From assembly GCA_963801815.1 (NCBI GenBank), contig CAWDGJ010000002.1, positions 128,001-192,000 on the forward strand: a DNA stretch of 64,000 nucleotides, given 5' to 3'. This document shows, in pieces, positions 10,324 through 20,727 of the stretch. The notes beneath the pieces were generated by a model, which saw only the letters and a program-made list of their open reading frames with translations, was not told the DNA's origin and did not search any database. This stretch comes from an uncultured Verrucomicrobiae bacterium. GTDB lineage: Bacteria; Verrucomicrobiota; Verrucomicrobiia; Chthoniobacterales; UBA10450. Position numbers and translations under genes: made by a program. Position 1 is the first letter of the stretch, and the number at the start of each line of letters is the position of its first letter.

Positions 10324-11493
10324 CTATGATTCGAACAGGTCGAGGTATTTGATGCCTGAACCCGTGTTGAAGATTACCACCCGCTCGCCGGCGTCGATCT
10401 TGCCCGACGCGCGAAGTTTCTCTAGTGCCACAAAACAAGCCGCACCTTCAGGCGCAACAAAAAGCCCTTCCTTCGATCCGACTTCCCGCACGGCGCGAAT
10501 CATCTCATCGTCCTCGACTGCAATCGCGCCGCCGTTCGACTTTCGCAAAATGTCGAGCATCAGGAAGTCGCCGATTGCTTTTGGCACACGCAGGCCGGAT
10601 GCCGTCGTTTGCGCGTTTGGAAATTCGATCGCGAATTTCTCGCCGGCCTCGAACGCGCGCACGATCGGCGCGCAGCCACTCGCCTGCACCGAAAACATTC
10701 GCGGCCGCTTCGCTATCGATCCAACCGAGCTTTTCCATTTCATCGAACGCTTTCCACATTCCGATTAGTCCGGTGCCGCCGCCGGTTGGATACAAGAATC
10801 ACGTCCGGCAATTTCCAATCGAGTTGCTCAGCGATTTCGTAGCCAAGCGTTTTTTTTCCTTCGATTCGATACGGCTCTTTCAACGTCGAAACATCGAACC
10901 AGTCTTCTTTTTCCTTCCGCTTGGCGATCTCCGCGCCGCAATCGGTGATCAGCCCATCTATCAGAGTCACGTGCGCGCCGAGTTCGCGGCATTCGATGAT
11001 GTTCGCGCGCGGCGTATCGCGCGGCATGAAGACGTGCGCCTCGAGTCCGGCCCGCGCCGCGTAAGCGGCCAGTGCGCCGCCGGCGTTTCCCGCGCTCGGC
11101 ACTGCCAGTTTTTTTGCTCCAAGATATTTCGCCATCGAAACGGCAACACTCATCCCGCGCGCTTTGAAGCTTTGAGTCGGATTGACCGATTCGTCCTTGA
11201 TCCAAAGATCGACGATCGCCATCGAATCTTGTTCGACTTGCAACAACGGCGTGCCGCCTTCGCCCAGCGAAACCGGCTCGGCGTCTTTCGGCAGCGGCAA
11301 CAGCTTCGCGCTATCGCCACAACGATTTCTCACGTCGTTGAAAACTTGACCGCTTTAAGCAGTCAAGTTTTCCAGCGGCGTCCAGGTCGTAGATCGCGAA
11401 GAGTGGTTTGCCGCACGCGGTGCAAAGATTTTGCAGCCGCTGCCAATCATGCTGCTTCCCACAGGCGGTGCATTCGAGATGGGACAGAAACAC
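10324..11493 (-). CDS. thrC: Threonine synthase; frameshifted
   Basis: N-terminal CxxC...C zinc ribbon, [53 protein letters not shown] spread over four ORFs; GTG start inferred. Confidence 0.9.
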
Positions 11494-11527
11494 ACACCAA
11501 TGGAGCGCATTCGCGCAAAATTGAAAA

Positions 11528-11614
11528 GGTGGATCGACCGCTTCGCGGGCGATGCTAAATATTTCTCGGCTTCGCCGACAGTAATAACATCGAGCAGGGA
11601 CTGCTCGATCCACC
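11528..11614. repeat. GGTGGATCG...CGATCCACC REPIN-like element copy 1
   Basis: Terminal inverted repeats and three internal hairpins; homologous to four other copies. Confidence 0.85.
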
Positions 11615-11641
11615 TCGCACTTTGTGCTAGAAGCGCGACAG

Positions 11642-12991
11642 ATGAGTGCAGGCATTTCTTCGGGAAGAAGGCCGTGGTATCGGCCATCGCTGACTACGCA
11701 AATCATGCTGGGACTCATGGTCGGCGCGTTGATCGGTTGGCTGCGCCCGGATTGGGGCAATAAAGTTTATTTCCTGCGAGATATTTTCATTAATCTGATC
11801 AAGTCGATCATCGCGCCGCTGGTTTTCTCCACGATCGTCGTCGGCATCGCCGGTGCCGGCGCCTTGAAAAAAGTTGGCCGTATCGGAATCAAAGCGCTCA
11901 TTTTCTTCGAAGTTGTCACCACGGCTGCCCTGTTCATCGGGCTCGCGGTTGTGAACCTCACCAAACCCGGAGCCGGCGTGACGCTGGCAGCGAGCAACAC
12001 GGATATCGCCAATAAGATCGGACAAACCCACGCCCAAGGCTTTGTCGAAACGATCGTCCACGTTTTTCCATCGAGCGTGATCGACGCGATGGTGCGCGGC
12101 GACGTACTGCAAATCGTCGCGTTCAGCGTGTTGTTTGCGCTTGCGATCTCCGCTGTCGGCGAAAAAGGACAACCGATCGTGCGCGCGATGGGTAGTCTCG
12201 CGCAAATCATGTTCAAATTCACAAATTACGTGATGATGTTTGCGCCCCTCGGCGTCGGCGCGGCGATGGCGCACACCATCGGCACCCAGGGACCGGGGGT
12301 GCTCGTAAATCTGGGGAAACTGATCGGTTCTCTTTATCTCGCGCTGATCATTTTTATCGTCGCCATTTTCGGAGCCGTGATCTGGATCGCGCGGATTCCG
12401 TTGCGGCAATTCTTCCGCGCGGTCCGCGAACCGGCGGCGCTCGCCTTTGCAACTACCAGTAGCGAATCAGCGCTGCCGAAAGCGATGCAGGCAATGGAAC
12501 GCTTCGGTGTGCCCCCATCAATTGTCGGCTTCGTGATGCCGACCGGTTACTCGTTTAACCTTACCGGATCGACATTGTATCTGGCGATGGCGTCCGTCTT
12601 TGTTGCCCAAGCGGCCGAGACGACGATCGGCTGGCACATGCCGATCGGTCAGCAAATCGTCATGATGTTGACATTGATGTTGACCTCGAAAGGCGTCGCC
12701 GGCGTGCCGCGTTCCTCACTCGTGATTTTACTTGGAGCTTTGAATTCGTTTGTCCCATCCGGGCTCGGGCCGGTCGGCGTTGCGATCATTTTTGGAGTGG
12801 ATGAGCTGATGGATATGGGACGCACCGCCGTGAACGTGATTGGAAATTGCCTGGCAACGGTCGTGGTCGCGCGTTGGGAAAAGGAATTCGATGAAAAGCG
12901 AGCACACATTTTCGGAACACCGCAGGAAGCCGAACTTGATTTGAAATCAGGCGACGTCGCGTTCGCCGACGCAGTCCGCCAGGGGGATTAA
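11642..12991 (+). CDS. Dicarboxylate/amino acid:cation symporter (DctA/GltP family)
   Basis: FATTSSESALP, PTGYSFNLTG, SKGVAGVP, DMGRTAVNVIGN. Confidence 0.93.
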   Translation: MSAGISSGRRPWYRPSLTTQIMLGLMVGALIGWLRPDWGNKVYFLRDIFINLIKSIIAPLVFSTIVVGIAGAGALKKVGRIGIKALIFFEVVTTAALFIGLAVVNLTKPGAGVTLAASNTDIANKIGQTHAQGFVETIVHVFPSSVIDAMVRGDVLQIVAFSVLFALAISAVGEKGQPIVRAMGSLAQIMFKFTNYVMMFAPLGVGAAMAHTIGTQGPGVLVNLGKLIGSLYLALIIFIVAIFGAVIWIARIPLRQFFRAVREPAALAFATTSSESALPKAMQAMERFGVPPSIVGFVMPTGYSFNLTGSTLYLAMASVFVAQAAETTIGWHMPIGQQIVMMLTLMLTSKGVAGVPRSSLVILLGALNSFVPSGLGPVGVAIIFGVDELMDMGRTAVNVIGNCLATVVVARWEKEFDEKRAHIFGTPQEAELDLKSGDVAFADAVRQGD

Positions 12992-14380
12992 CTAAAACTC
13001 AGCGCTACCAGGCGTGCGGGCGAACGGAATCACATCGCGGATATTCGAGACGCCGGTCACGAACATAAGCATCCGTTCAAATCCAAGACCGAAGCCGGCG
13101 TGCGGCACCGTGCCGTAGCGGCGAAGATCGAGATACCATTTGTAATCGACCGGATCCATTTTGTGACGACGCATATTTTCCTCGAGCACATCGAGACGTT
13201 CTTCACGCTGGCTTCCGCCCACGATTTCGCCAATTCCCGGAACGAGCAGGTCCATCGCAGTCACCGTTTTGCCGTCGTCGTTCAAGCGCATGTAAAACGG
13301 TTTGATCTCTTTCGGGAAATTGAAAACCGTCACCGGACATTTGAAATGCTTTTCAGTGAGCCAGCGCTCGTGTTCGGATTGCAGGTTCAATCCGTACTCG
13401 ACCGGGAATTCGAACTTCTCACCGCTCTTCTTTAAAAGCTCGATTGCCTCGGTGTAAGTCGTCCGCTGAAATGGTCGCTCGAGAACAAAATCAAGCCGAG
13501 AGAGAAGTTCCTTGTCCACAAACTTCGAGAACAAATCCATTTCATCCGGGCAATTCTCGCGAATATCGCGAACCAGATATTTCACAATCTCTTCGGCGAG
13601 GTCCATGTTGCCGCTCAAATCGCAAAACGCCATTTCCGGTTCAACCATCCAGAATTCGCTCGCATGACGTGAAGTGTTCGAATTCTCCGCGCGAAACGTT
13701 GGTCCGAACGTGTAAACCTTCGACAACGCGCAGGCGAAGGCTTCCGCTTCAAGCTGGCCGCTCACCGTCAGATAAGTCTGGCGGGCAAAAAAATCTTTCG
13801 CGTAATCGATCTCAGCACCCTGTCGTGGCGGATTCTTGAGGTCGATCGTCGAGACGCGAAATAATTCGCCAGCGCCCTCGCAGTCGCTCCCGGTGATTAT
13901 CGGAGTATGAACGTAAACAAAACCGCGTTCCTGGAAGAATTTGTGAATAGCGAAAGCAAGCCGGCTCCGAACACGAAAGACCGAGCCGAACAGATTCGAT
14001 CTCGGCCGTAAGTGCGCGATCTCGCGGAGAAATTCCGGGGTGTGTCCTTTCTTCTGAAGCGGATAGGAATCGTCGGCCAGACCGATAATCTCGATTTTGT
14101 CCGCAACCAGTTCCCACTTCTGTCCCTTACCCTGAGATGCGATCAGCGCTCCGATTACGCGGAGCGAAGCGCCAGTCGTTAATTTTTGAATGTCGGAGTA
14201 ATTCGGCAGCGAGTTTCGCGCGATGACTTGTAAATTGCGCAGTGACGAACCGTCGTTCAGCTCGATGAACGAAAAATCCTTCGAATCACGGCGCGTCCGC
14301 ACCCAGCCCTGAACGTGGATGGAATCTACCGGGCTGCCGCTTTCGAGCGCAGACTTGATGGAAGTTGGTGCGAGCGTCAT
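12992..14380 (-). CDS. asnS: Asparagine--tRNA ligase
   Basis: [46 protein letters not shown]. Confidence 0.97.
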   Translation of the reverse strand: MTLAPTSIKSALESGSPVDSIHVQGWVRTRRDSKDFSFIELNDGSSLRNLQVIARNSLPNYSDIQKLTTGASLRVIGALIASQGKGQKWELVADKIEIIGLADDSYPLQKKGHTPEFLREIAHLRPRSNLFGSVFRVRSRLAFAIHKFFQERGFVYVHTPIITGSDCEGAGELFRVSTIDLKNPPRQGAEIDYAKDFFARQTYLTVSGQLEAEAFACALSKVYTFGPTFRAENSNTSRHASEFWMVEPEMAFCDLSGNMDLAEEIVKYLVRDIRENCPDEMDLFSKFVDKELLSRLDFVLERPFQRTTYTEAIELLKKSGEKFEFPVEYGLNLQSEHERWLTEKHFKCPVTVFNFPKEIKPFYMRLNDDGKTVTAMDLLVPGIGEIVGGSQREERLDVLEENMRRHKMDPVDYKWYLDLRRYGTVPHAGFGLGFERMLMFVTGVSNIRDVIPFARTPGSAEF

Positions 14381-14479
14381 TTGACCGGCCAACTCTTCAC
14401 GCTTTGCGCATAACACGCAACGAAGCGCATAAAACTTTTGCGCGGACCTTACCCGCGTTCGTCAAATGCCAGTCCGGGC

Positions 14480-15652
14480 CTACGGGGTGGCAGACATTTT
14501 CAGCGCTTCGCGCAAATGCGGAACGAGTCGCTTACTAAATTCAACCGAATCGCCGGCGGTCAAATGCGACCATTCGGGACAATCGAAACCCGAGAGTTCC
14601 GGAAAATCGGAATAATAGATGCCGGGCGCGTGCGTCATTTGGAGCAACGGATCCCAGTTTTGCTGGCGCGGCGTGATTTTGTCCTCGAGCTCTTTCAATC
14701 CGCCAGTGTTCGGAAAGCGCACGAAGATAATCTTGCCACCGCGGGCCCGAATTTTTTCGACATCGGCGACCGTATCGGCGAAACGTTTTCCGATCCCCTC
14801 CTTCATTTTCGCCATGAAAACATCCTTCGGGATGTAACTGGGTGGAGGCGGCGGAGTGAAAAGGGGGAGCCAGATTTGTTGGATCCGTTTCGCTAATTCG
14901 CTTCCCGGTTCCGCGCATTTCTCCCACATCCGCGCACGGCGTTCGTGATCAACAACGTCAAAGTACGGTGGAAATCTCGGCGGCACGCGCGCACCCGGAC
15001 GATTTGGAATTGGCAACTCATTCAACAGCGCTTCGAGGCTGAGATCATCCGGTTTTAGAAAGGCGACATGTTCCTCCAGCGGCATGGCGAGATATTCGCT
15101 AACGTGTTGGGCCGGTGTTTGATTATGAAATCGTTTCACCGTTTTTTCGGCGCGCTCCATTGGCGGACTACCCGGCGGCGCGAAAAACAACATCGGCACG
15201 AAGCTACAAATAATTGTCCCATGAAAGCTCGCGTCCCTGGCGAGGTCGTCCAGCACGGGGAAAGCGGTTGAGCCGGCGATTGCGAGTTGAAGTGGCCTCT
15301 TCCCCAAACCCTTTTGAAATTCATCAAGATCGCAATCGAACCAGGCGCGCGAATCGCCAATAATCACGATCGATTCCGGCTGAACTCTCCGGCGCGTCAG
15401 AGTCCAAAGGTCTTCGTTGTCGTTGAGCGTCGGCGCATAACCGAGCGATCGGGCATGCCATTCCCAGGCTGCAGTCGCGGCGATCACGATGATCGTAATG
15501 ACGACCGAGATTCCACGCCACGGCGCTGGAGGAATTGGACGCTCGAATTCCAGCGGCGGCCCGCCGTGAATTTGTTCTTCCCGCGAAGGTTTGCGGAAAA
15601 ACAACCGCGGCAGTCGCAGTCGTTCTCTAAAATTGGAAATAGATGAACGCAT
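14480..15652 (-). CDS. Membrane-anchored SGNH-like (AlgJ/DltD-type) partner of MBOAT
   Basis: Start overlaps the MBOAT FIYFQF end; one TM helix; IIGDSR and EWSHL motifs. Confidence 0.65.
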   Translation of the reverse strand: MRSSISNFRERLRLPRLFFRKPSREEQIHGGPPLEFERPIPPAPWRGISVVITIIVIAATAAWEWHARSLGYAPTLNDNEDLWTLTRRRVQPESIVIIGDSRAWFDCDLDEFQKGLGKRPLQLAIAGSTAFPVLDDLARDASFHGTIICSFVPMLFFAPPGSPPMERAEKTVKRFHNQTPAQHVSEYLAMPLEEHVAFLKPDDLSLEALLNELPIPNRPGARVPPRFPPYFDVVDHERRARMWEKCAEPGSELAKRIQQIWLPLFTPPPPPSYIPKDVFMAKMKEGIGKRFADTVADVEKIRARGGKIIFVRFPNTGGLKELEDKITPRQQNWDPLLQMTHAPGIYYSDFPELSGFDCPEWSHLTAGDSVEFSKRLVPHLREALKMSATP

Positions 15653-17048
15653 TACTGGTCCCTTGAGTGAAAATGATGGCGAACGCCATGAAAGATCCGA
15701 TCGCGGTGATCGCCCAGGCCGGTAAGCGCATGACCGTCGTCTCAAACGATTCGTCACGCATCGACCAGTGCATGGCAACAACCCCGACCGTAACGATTCC
15801 AATCTGCAAAAGTTCACGCGTGGTCAGAATCATATCGCCGTTCGAGTGACCGCCGAACATTCCGGTCAGCATTCGGCTGGCGATCGTGAAATCGGACGCG
15901 CGAAAAAATACCCAGGCGATGCAAACCGCTCCGTAAGTCGCAAAACCCGCGACAATGCGCGTCAATGGATGGCCGGCCCACGTCTTGTTTTCGAAGAAAA
16001 CCCGAAAGACGCGCTCAATCACCAGGTAGGAGCCATGCAATAACCCCCATACGACAAAGGTCCAGGCTGCGCCGTGCCAGAGACCGCCCAGAAACATGAC
16101 GATGACAAGATTGAGCGCGGCCCGAAACGGCCGGACCTGATTACCGCCGAGCGGAATGTAAAGATAATCGCGCAGAAATGTGGAAAGTGAAATGTGCCAG
16201 CGCCGCCAGAAATCGGAAAAACCGATTGCGGCGTAGGGAAAACGAAAGTTGTCCTTGAGATGGAAGCCCAACGACAGCGCGGCACCGATCGCGCAGATCG
16301 AGTAGCCGGCGAAATCAAAAAAGATCTGGCCGGCAAACGCCAGCACGCCGGCCCACGAATCGAGCGCCACCAGCGGCCCGCCATAGCCAAATACGCGATC
16401 GGCCGAGCCGGAGAGTAGCGTATCGGCGAGAACGATTTTCTCGAACAGACCCAGCGTCATCAACGCGAGGCCCCAGAGAAATTGGTTGGGTTTGAGACGG
16501 GCCGGGTGTTCAAGCTGCGGCAGAAAATCGCCCGCGCGGACAATTGGACCGGCGACCAGCTGCGGGAAGAATGAGACCGCGAGGATGAAATCGCGCAGCG
16601 ATCGCGTCGGCTTCAACACCCCGCGATAAATGTCGAGCGTGTAGGAAAGTGAATGAAAAGTGTAAAACGAAATTCCGACCGGCAGAAGAATATCGAGATG
16701 CGGCGGTTGGTAGATGATCCCGACGCGAGCGAGTAACCATTGGAAATTTTGCAGCAGAAAATTTCCGTACTTGAAGAAACCGAGCATGCTCAGATTCATA
16801 CAGACACTGGCCACCAGCCACCGTTTCCTGGCGGATTGGCCTTGCGCTTTGCCGATTTGCCGGCCGAGCCAGAAATCCATCGCCGTCGTGGAAAACAGCA
16901 GCGCGGCGAATGGCGGATTCCACGCGCCGTAAAAAATGTAGCTGGCGACGACGAGCAGGTTTTTTCGCAGCTCCCAGCCGCGAATACTCCAATAAAGCGT
17001 TACGACGATCACGAAAAAGACGACGAACGTGAGCGAGTTGAAAAGCAT
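15627..17048 (-). CDS. MBOAT O-acyltransferase (AlgI/PatA family)
   Basis: MLFNS, LPVGISFYTF, FPQLVAGPI, FWRRWHISLS, GLWHGA, FIYFQF. Confidence 0.95.
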   Translation of the reverse strand: MLFNSLTFVVFFVIVVTLYWSIRGWELRKNLLVVASYIFYGAWNPPFAALLFSTTAMDFWLGRQIGKAQGQSARKRWLVASVCMNLSMLGFFKYGNFLLQNFQWLLARVGIIYQPPHLDILLPVGISFYTFHSLSYTLDIYRGVLKPTRSLRDFILAVSFFPQLVAGPIVRAGDFLPQLEHPARLKPNQFLWGLALMTLGLFEKIVLADTLLSGSADRVFGYGGPLVALDSWAGVLAFAGQIFFDFAGYSICAIGAALSLGFHLKDNFRFPYAAIGFSDFWRRWHISLSTFLRDYLYIPLGGNQVRPFRAALNLVIVMFLGGLWHGAAWTFVVWGLLHGSYLVIERVFRVFFENKTWAGHPLTRIVAGFATYGAVCIAWVFFRASDFTIASRMLTGMFGGHSNGDMILTTRELLQIGIVTVGVVAMHWSMRDESFETTVMRLPAWAITAIGSFMAFAIIFTQGTSNAFIYFQF

Positions 17049-17148
17049 TTTGGGAAGTTCTAATTACGCTGCCGATGGCAACGGCCAATCTGCGCCAGCC
17101 ACATTGCGGCAGCTGTTTTAGACGTTATCTCACCAAGTCGCAAGACTT

Positions 17149-17213
17149 TGGAGGGATGGGCTCCGTCCCGTCTATGCAATACTTATCGGACGACACGGAG
17201 GTCGTCCCCTCCA
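17149..17213. repeat. GGAG-type REP doublet
   Basis: TGGAGGGATGGGCTCCGTCCCGTC ... GGACGACACGGAGGTCGTCCCCTCCA inverted pair of hairpins. Confidence 0.6.
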
Positions 17214-17257
17214 TTAGCTTTGAATATGCGGCCCGCTTTCCTTTTTGCGCCCGGTGT

Positions 17258-17283
17258 CCGACTTCGTGAGGCTACGGCGTGAC
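17258..17283 (+). repeat. Short dispersed repeat CCGACTTCG-N5/6-CTACGGCGTG (copy 2)
   Basis: Matches the reverse complement of 8092-8118. Confidence 0.5.
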
Positions 17284-17317
17284 AAGGTTCTCGTAGGATC
17301 GAAAATCGAGGACGGTT

Positions 17318-17911
17318 ATGAAACATTTTTTCCTGCTTGCTCCAGGCGCCGGAGCGCCGTCATCCCATCCATGGATGCAGCGTTGGAAGGAACGCCTCAC
17401 TAAAATCGGTGAGGTCGAGACGCTCGATTACGATTACATGCGCGACGGACGGAAACGGCCGGACCGATTGCCTCAATTAATTCAAAAGCATCGAACAGCT
17501 CTCGTCAGCGCGCGCCAAAAATTTGCCGGACCAATTTTCCTGATCGGCAAGAGCATGGGCGGCCGGATCGGTTGCCATGTTGCGCTCGAAGAGAAAGTGA
17601 ACGGCGTGGTTTGCCTCGGCTATCCGCTTTGCGCGATGGGAGACCGAACGAAGCTGCGCGATGAAGTCTTGCTCGCGTCGCGAACGCCTATTCTTTTCGC
17701 GCAAGGGACACGCGACGTTCTTTGCCCGCTCGATTTACTCGAAGGCGTGCGTTCCAAAATGATAGGGCCCAATTTTCTCCACGTTGTGCAAGGCGGCGAT
17801 CATTCCCTTCTCGTCCGCAAAAAAGATCTCATTGGTGAAACCCAGGACGATGTCGACCAGCGAATCCTAAAGGCGATCAGTGAATTCGTCGGCCAATTTG
17901 GTGAATCGTGA
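17318..17911 (+). CDS. Alpha/beta hydrolase (KANL3/Tex30-like)
   Basis: GKSMGG nucleophile elbow, LGYPL, QGTRD, GGDHS. Confidence 0.88.
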   Translation: MKHFFLLAPGAGAPSSHPWMQRWKERLTKIGEVETLDYDYMRDGRKRPDRLPQLIQKHRTALVSARQKFAGPIFLIGKSMGGRIGCHVALEEKVNGVVCLGYPLCAMGDRTKLRDEVLLASRTPILFAQGTRDVLCPLDLLEGVRSKMIGPNFLHVVQGGDHSLLVRKKDLIGETQDDVDQRILKAISEFVGQFGES

Positions 17912-17962
17912 AAGTGGCGCTTTCAGTTGGCAATCTTACAGCGCAAGAATTGAAGACGATCA

Positions 17963-20700
17963 CTAAAGGGCCTTGTAGGTATAGCTGTTGGAGATCCAGA
18001 CACCGCCAACCTGCGAATAAAGTCTGACGTAGACCGTTCGCCCATCGGTCGGGATGTTGGTTACCGTTTGAGAAAGCGCATGCAAAACTGATGACGCATA
18101 AATGTCCACCGCCCCGGGAGAACTTCCGACTGTCAATACGTAGGCGGTTGCGCTGCCCGCGGTCCACTGAAACGTAACGGTTGAACCACCGAAGGTTGAT
18201 CCCGGCGTCGGACTGATCATTACTGCGGCACCCGCCGCTGGGGTTGGGGTTGGGGTCGCAGTTGGCGTTGGTGTTACAGTGGGCGTCGGCGTTGGCAGTC
18301 GAGTGTCGGAGCGTTGTTAGAAGCCTTGTAAGTGTAGGCGTTATTTACCCAGACGTTGTTGACTCGGGAGTAAAGCGTTGCAAAGACAGTTCGGCCGTCG
18401 GTAGGAATATTATGAACGACCGCTGACAGCGAATTAGTGAGTCCAGACGAGTAAATGTCCGTGCCCTTGGCAGCACTGCCGAGTGTTAAAATGTAAGCGT
18501 TCGCGCTTCCAGCGGTCCACTGAAACGTAACAGTTGAACCGGGAAGCGTTGAACCGGTGACAGGACTGATCATTACTGCGGGACCCGGCGCTGGCGTTGG
18601 GGTCGGAGTGAGAGTTGGAGTCGGAGACGCCGTCGGCGTTGGAGTCGCTGTAGGTGTCGCGGTCGGCGTCGGTGTAGGTGTAAGTGTTGGTGTTGGCGTG
18701 GGCGTGGGAGTCGGCGTTGGTGTTGCGGAAGGAGTCGGGGTCGGAGCGCCGTTAGAAGCCTTGTAAGTGTAGGCGTTATTTGCCCAAACGTTGTTAACTC
18801 GAGAGTAAAGCGTGGCAAAGACAGTTCGGCCGTCGGTAGGAATATTGTTAACGACCGCTGAAAGCGAATTAATGAGTCCAGACGAGTAAATGTCCGTGCC
18901 CTTGGCAGCACTGCCGAGTGTTAGAATGTAGGCGTTCGCGCTGCCAGCGGTCCACTGAAACGTAACGGTTGAACCACTAAAGGTTGATCCCGGCGTCGGA
19001 CTGATCATTACTGCAGGACCAGCGGTTGGAGTTGGGGTCGGAGTCGGCGTTCCCGTTGGTGTAACAGTCGGAGTCGGCGTGGAAGTTGGAGTCGGAGTCG
19101 GCGAACCTAACGGCACGGCTTGGATTTGTGCGACGAATGGATCGGGATCGCCGGTGCGTGTGTCTATCCAAATGGGAATGGCCGGGACGGTGGAGTTTGT
19201 CGCTTCCGCGATCCCCTGATAATCACCGAGCATGTAACCACTCGAAGTGAGCGGCGCAAGCGATGCATCGGTGGAAACATCAGTGACGCGGATGTTCGGT
19301 TGCCAGGTTGACCCGCCATCGAATGATTGCGCAAAATAAAGGTCGACCAGTGTGTCCGAGCCGGGATTCGCACGATGATCGTAAAAGACCGCGGTCAAGA
19401 CCTCACCGTCAGGAGAGACGTTGATCGCAGGATTAAAAACGCCGTCGCCGGGAGGATTGTCGCTGATCGCGATCGGAGTCGACCAGGTGTTTCCTCCGTC
19501 GACCGATTTGGTGAAGACAATTCTCGGATTACCACTGAGCAAAGTCTGGTAGACGACATAAAGATTTCCGTTGGTTCGATCGGCAACGGCAGCCGGCAAA
19601 AACGAGCCGGTGCGAATCGACGGTTCGTTGTATTCCAGCGACTGGGTTGTGATCAGCTTTGCGCTCCCGAACGTCGCACCGCCGTCGGTGGAAATCACGG
19701 CCTCGAGATGTTCGCCGGGATGCCCGCTTGTTCCGAAACTCCAATAGATAATCACGAGATTTCCATTCGGAAGAAAGACTGGCTGCGAGCCTTGAGCATT
19801 GCTCGCGGACGAACTGATCGACACGGCGTTGTTGAATGACGCGCCGCCGTTATCACTGTACGCGCGAACAATCGAGCCGCCGTCCGCGCTGGTATCCGTG
19901 AAAGCGGTAAATGTAATGACGATTCGCCCGGCCGTCGCCGTCGACGCGAAGGTGTTAATGGCCATCCAGGGTTTGTCCGGAAAGATGGCGCCTCGCGATG
20001 GCCGATAGACGACCGTTGGCGCAGCAAAGGTCTGACCGCCGTCAAAAGAACGGCTTAAGAGAACGGCGCCGTTATTGAAATTGGAATCAGTCGCGCCTTC
20101 GGTGGTGAGAAAAACCGTTCCGTTCAAATCAACGCCGGCGACCGGGTCGGTATCACGAAAATAAGTTCCACCGGACGCCTGAGTGAGATTCGGGATCAGC
20201 GCGCGCGTCCAATTCGCGCCGCTGTCCGTGCTAATGGAATAGCCGCCATCGACCGCACCGGCGTCCTCAAAGCGACCTTCCTGAAATACCGCGATCAAAA
20301 AACTCTGGTTCACCGGCGAACGCGCAATATGCGGTTCGGCTTGCGCTTTCATTCCCGGCGGCAACGCGGCGGGATCATTCCCAAGTCGAATGTTCGGGCC
20401 GACTCGAGGATCGAGCAGGGCCCTTGGGCTTTGTTGGGTAGCCATCGAAGGTACTGTTCTCGACTGATCACGTGGCCGAACGAGGTCGCCGGCCTGATCG
20501 AGCAACATCAGCGCGCCAGACGACAGATGATTGAACGGTACGTTGGCCAACGCTTTCGGCAGACGATTGCGATTAACGGCAGAGGTTGGCGGGGCGTTTG
20601 GAATCGACTGATGCTGCGCGAACGAAACCGTTATGACCGACAGCGCGAGAACCAATAGAAGAAGCCGGCGTTTTGGTTGCGTCCAATCGGCCAACTTCAT
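17963..20700 (-). CDS. Secreted BNR/Asp-box (sialidase-fold) protein with PT linkers and three repeated C-terminal Ig-like domains; frameshift near 18300
   Basis: Signal peptide; repeated SxDGGxTF/W boxes; PT linkers; ORF 17963-18220 is a third copy of the MISPxxGST...YTYKA domain. Confidence 0.85.
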
Positions 20701-20727
20701 TTGAACCCAATGAAGGTAGCTTACGAA

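Noticed and set aside
10425..11558. Long antisense ORFs (e.g. 10425-11558, 20677-21330, 38922-39773, 50761-51741, 53805-54572)
   Set aside because: These are shadow frames opposite well-supported genes in GC-rich DNA, with no recognisable motifs.
18230..19100. GT-rich hexamer-like tandem repeats as a DNA element
   Set aside because: They are explained by Pro-Thr linker codons of the BNR protein.
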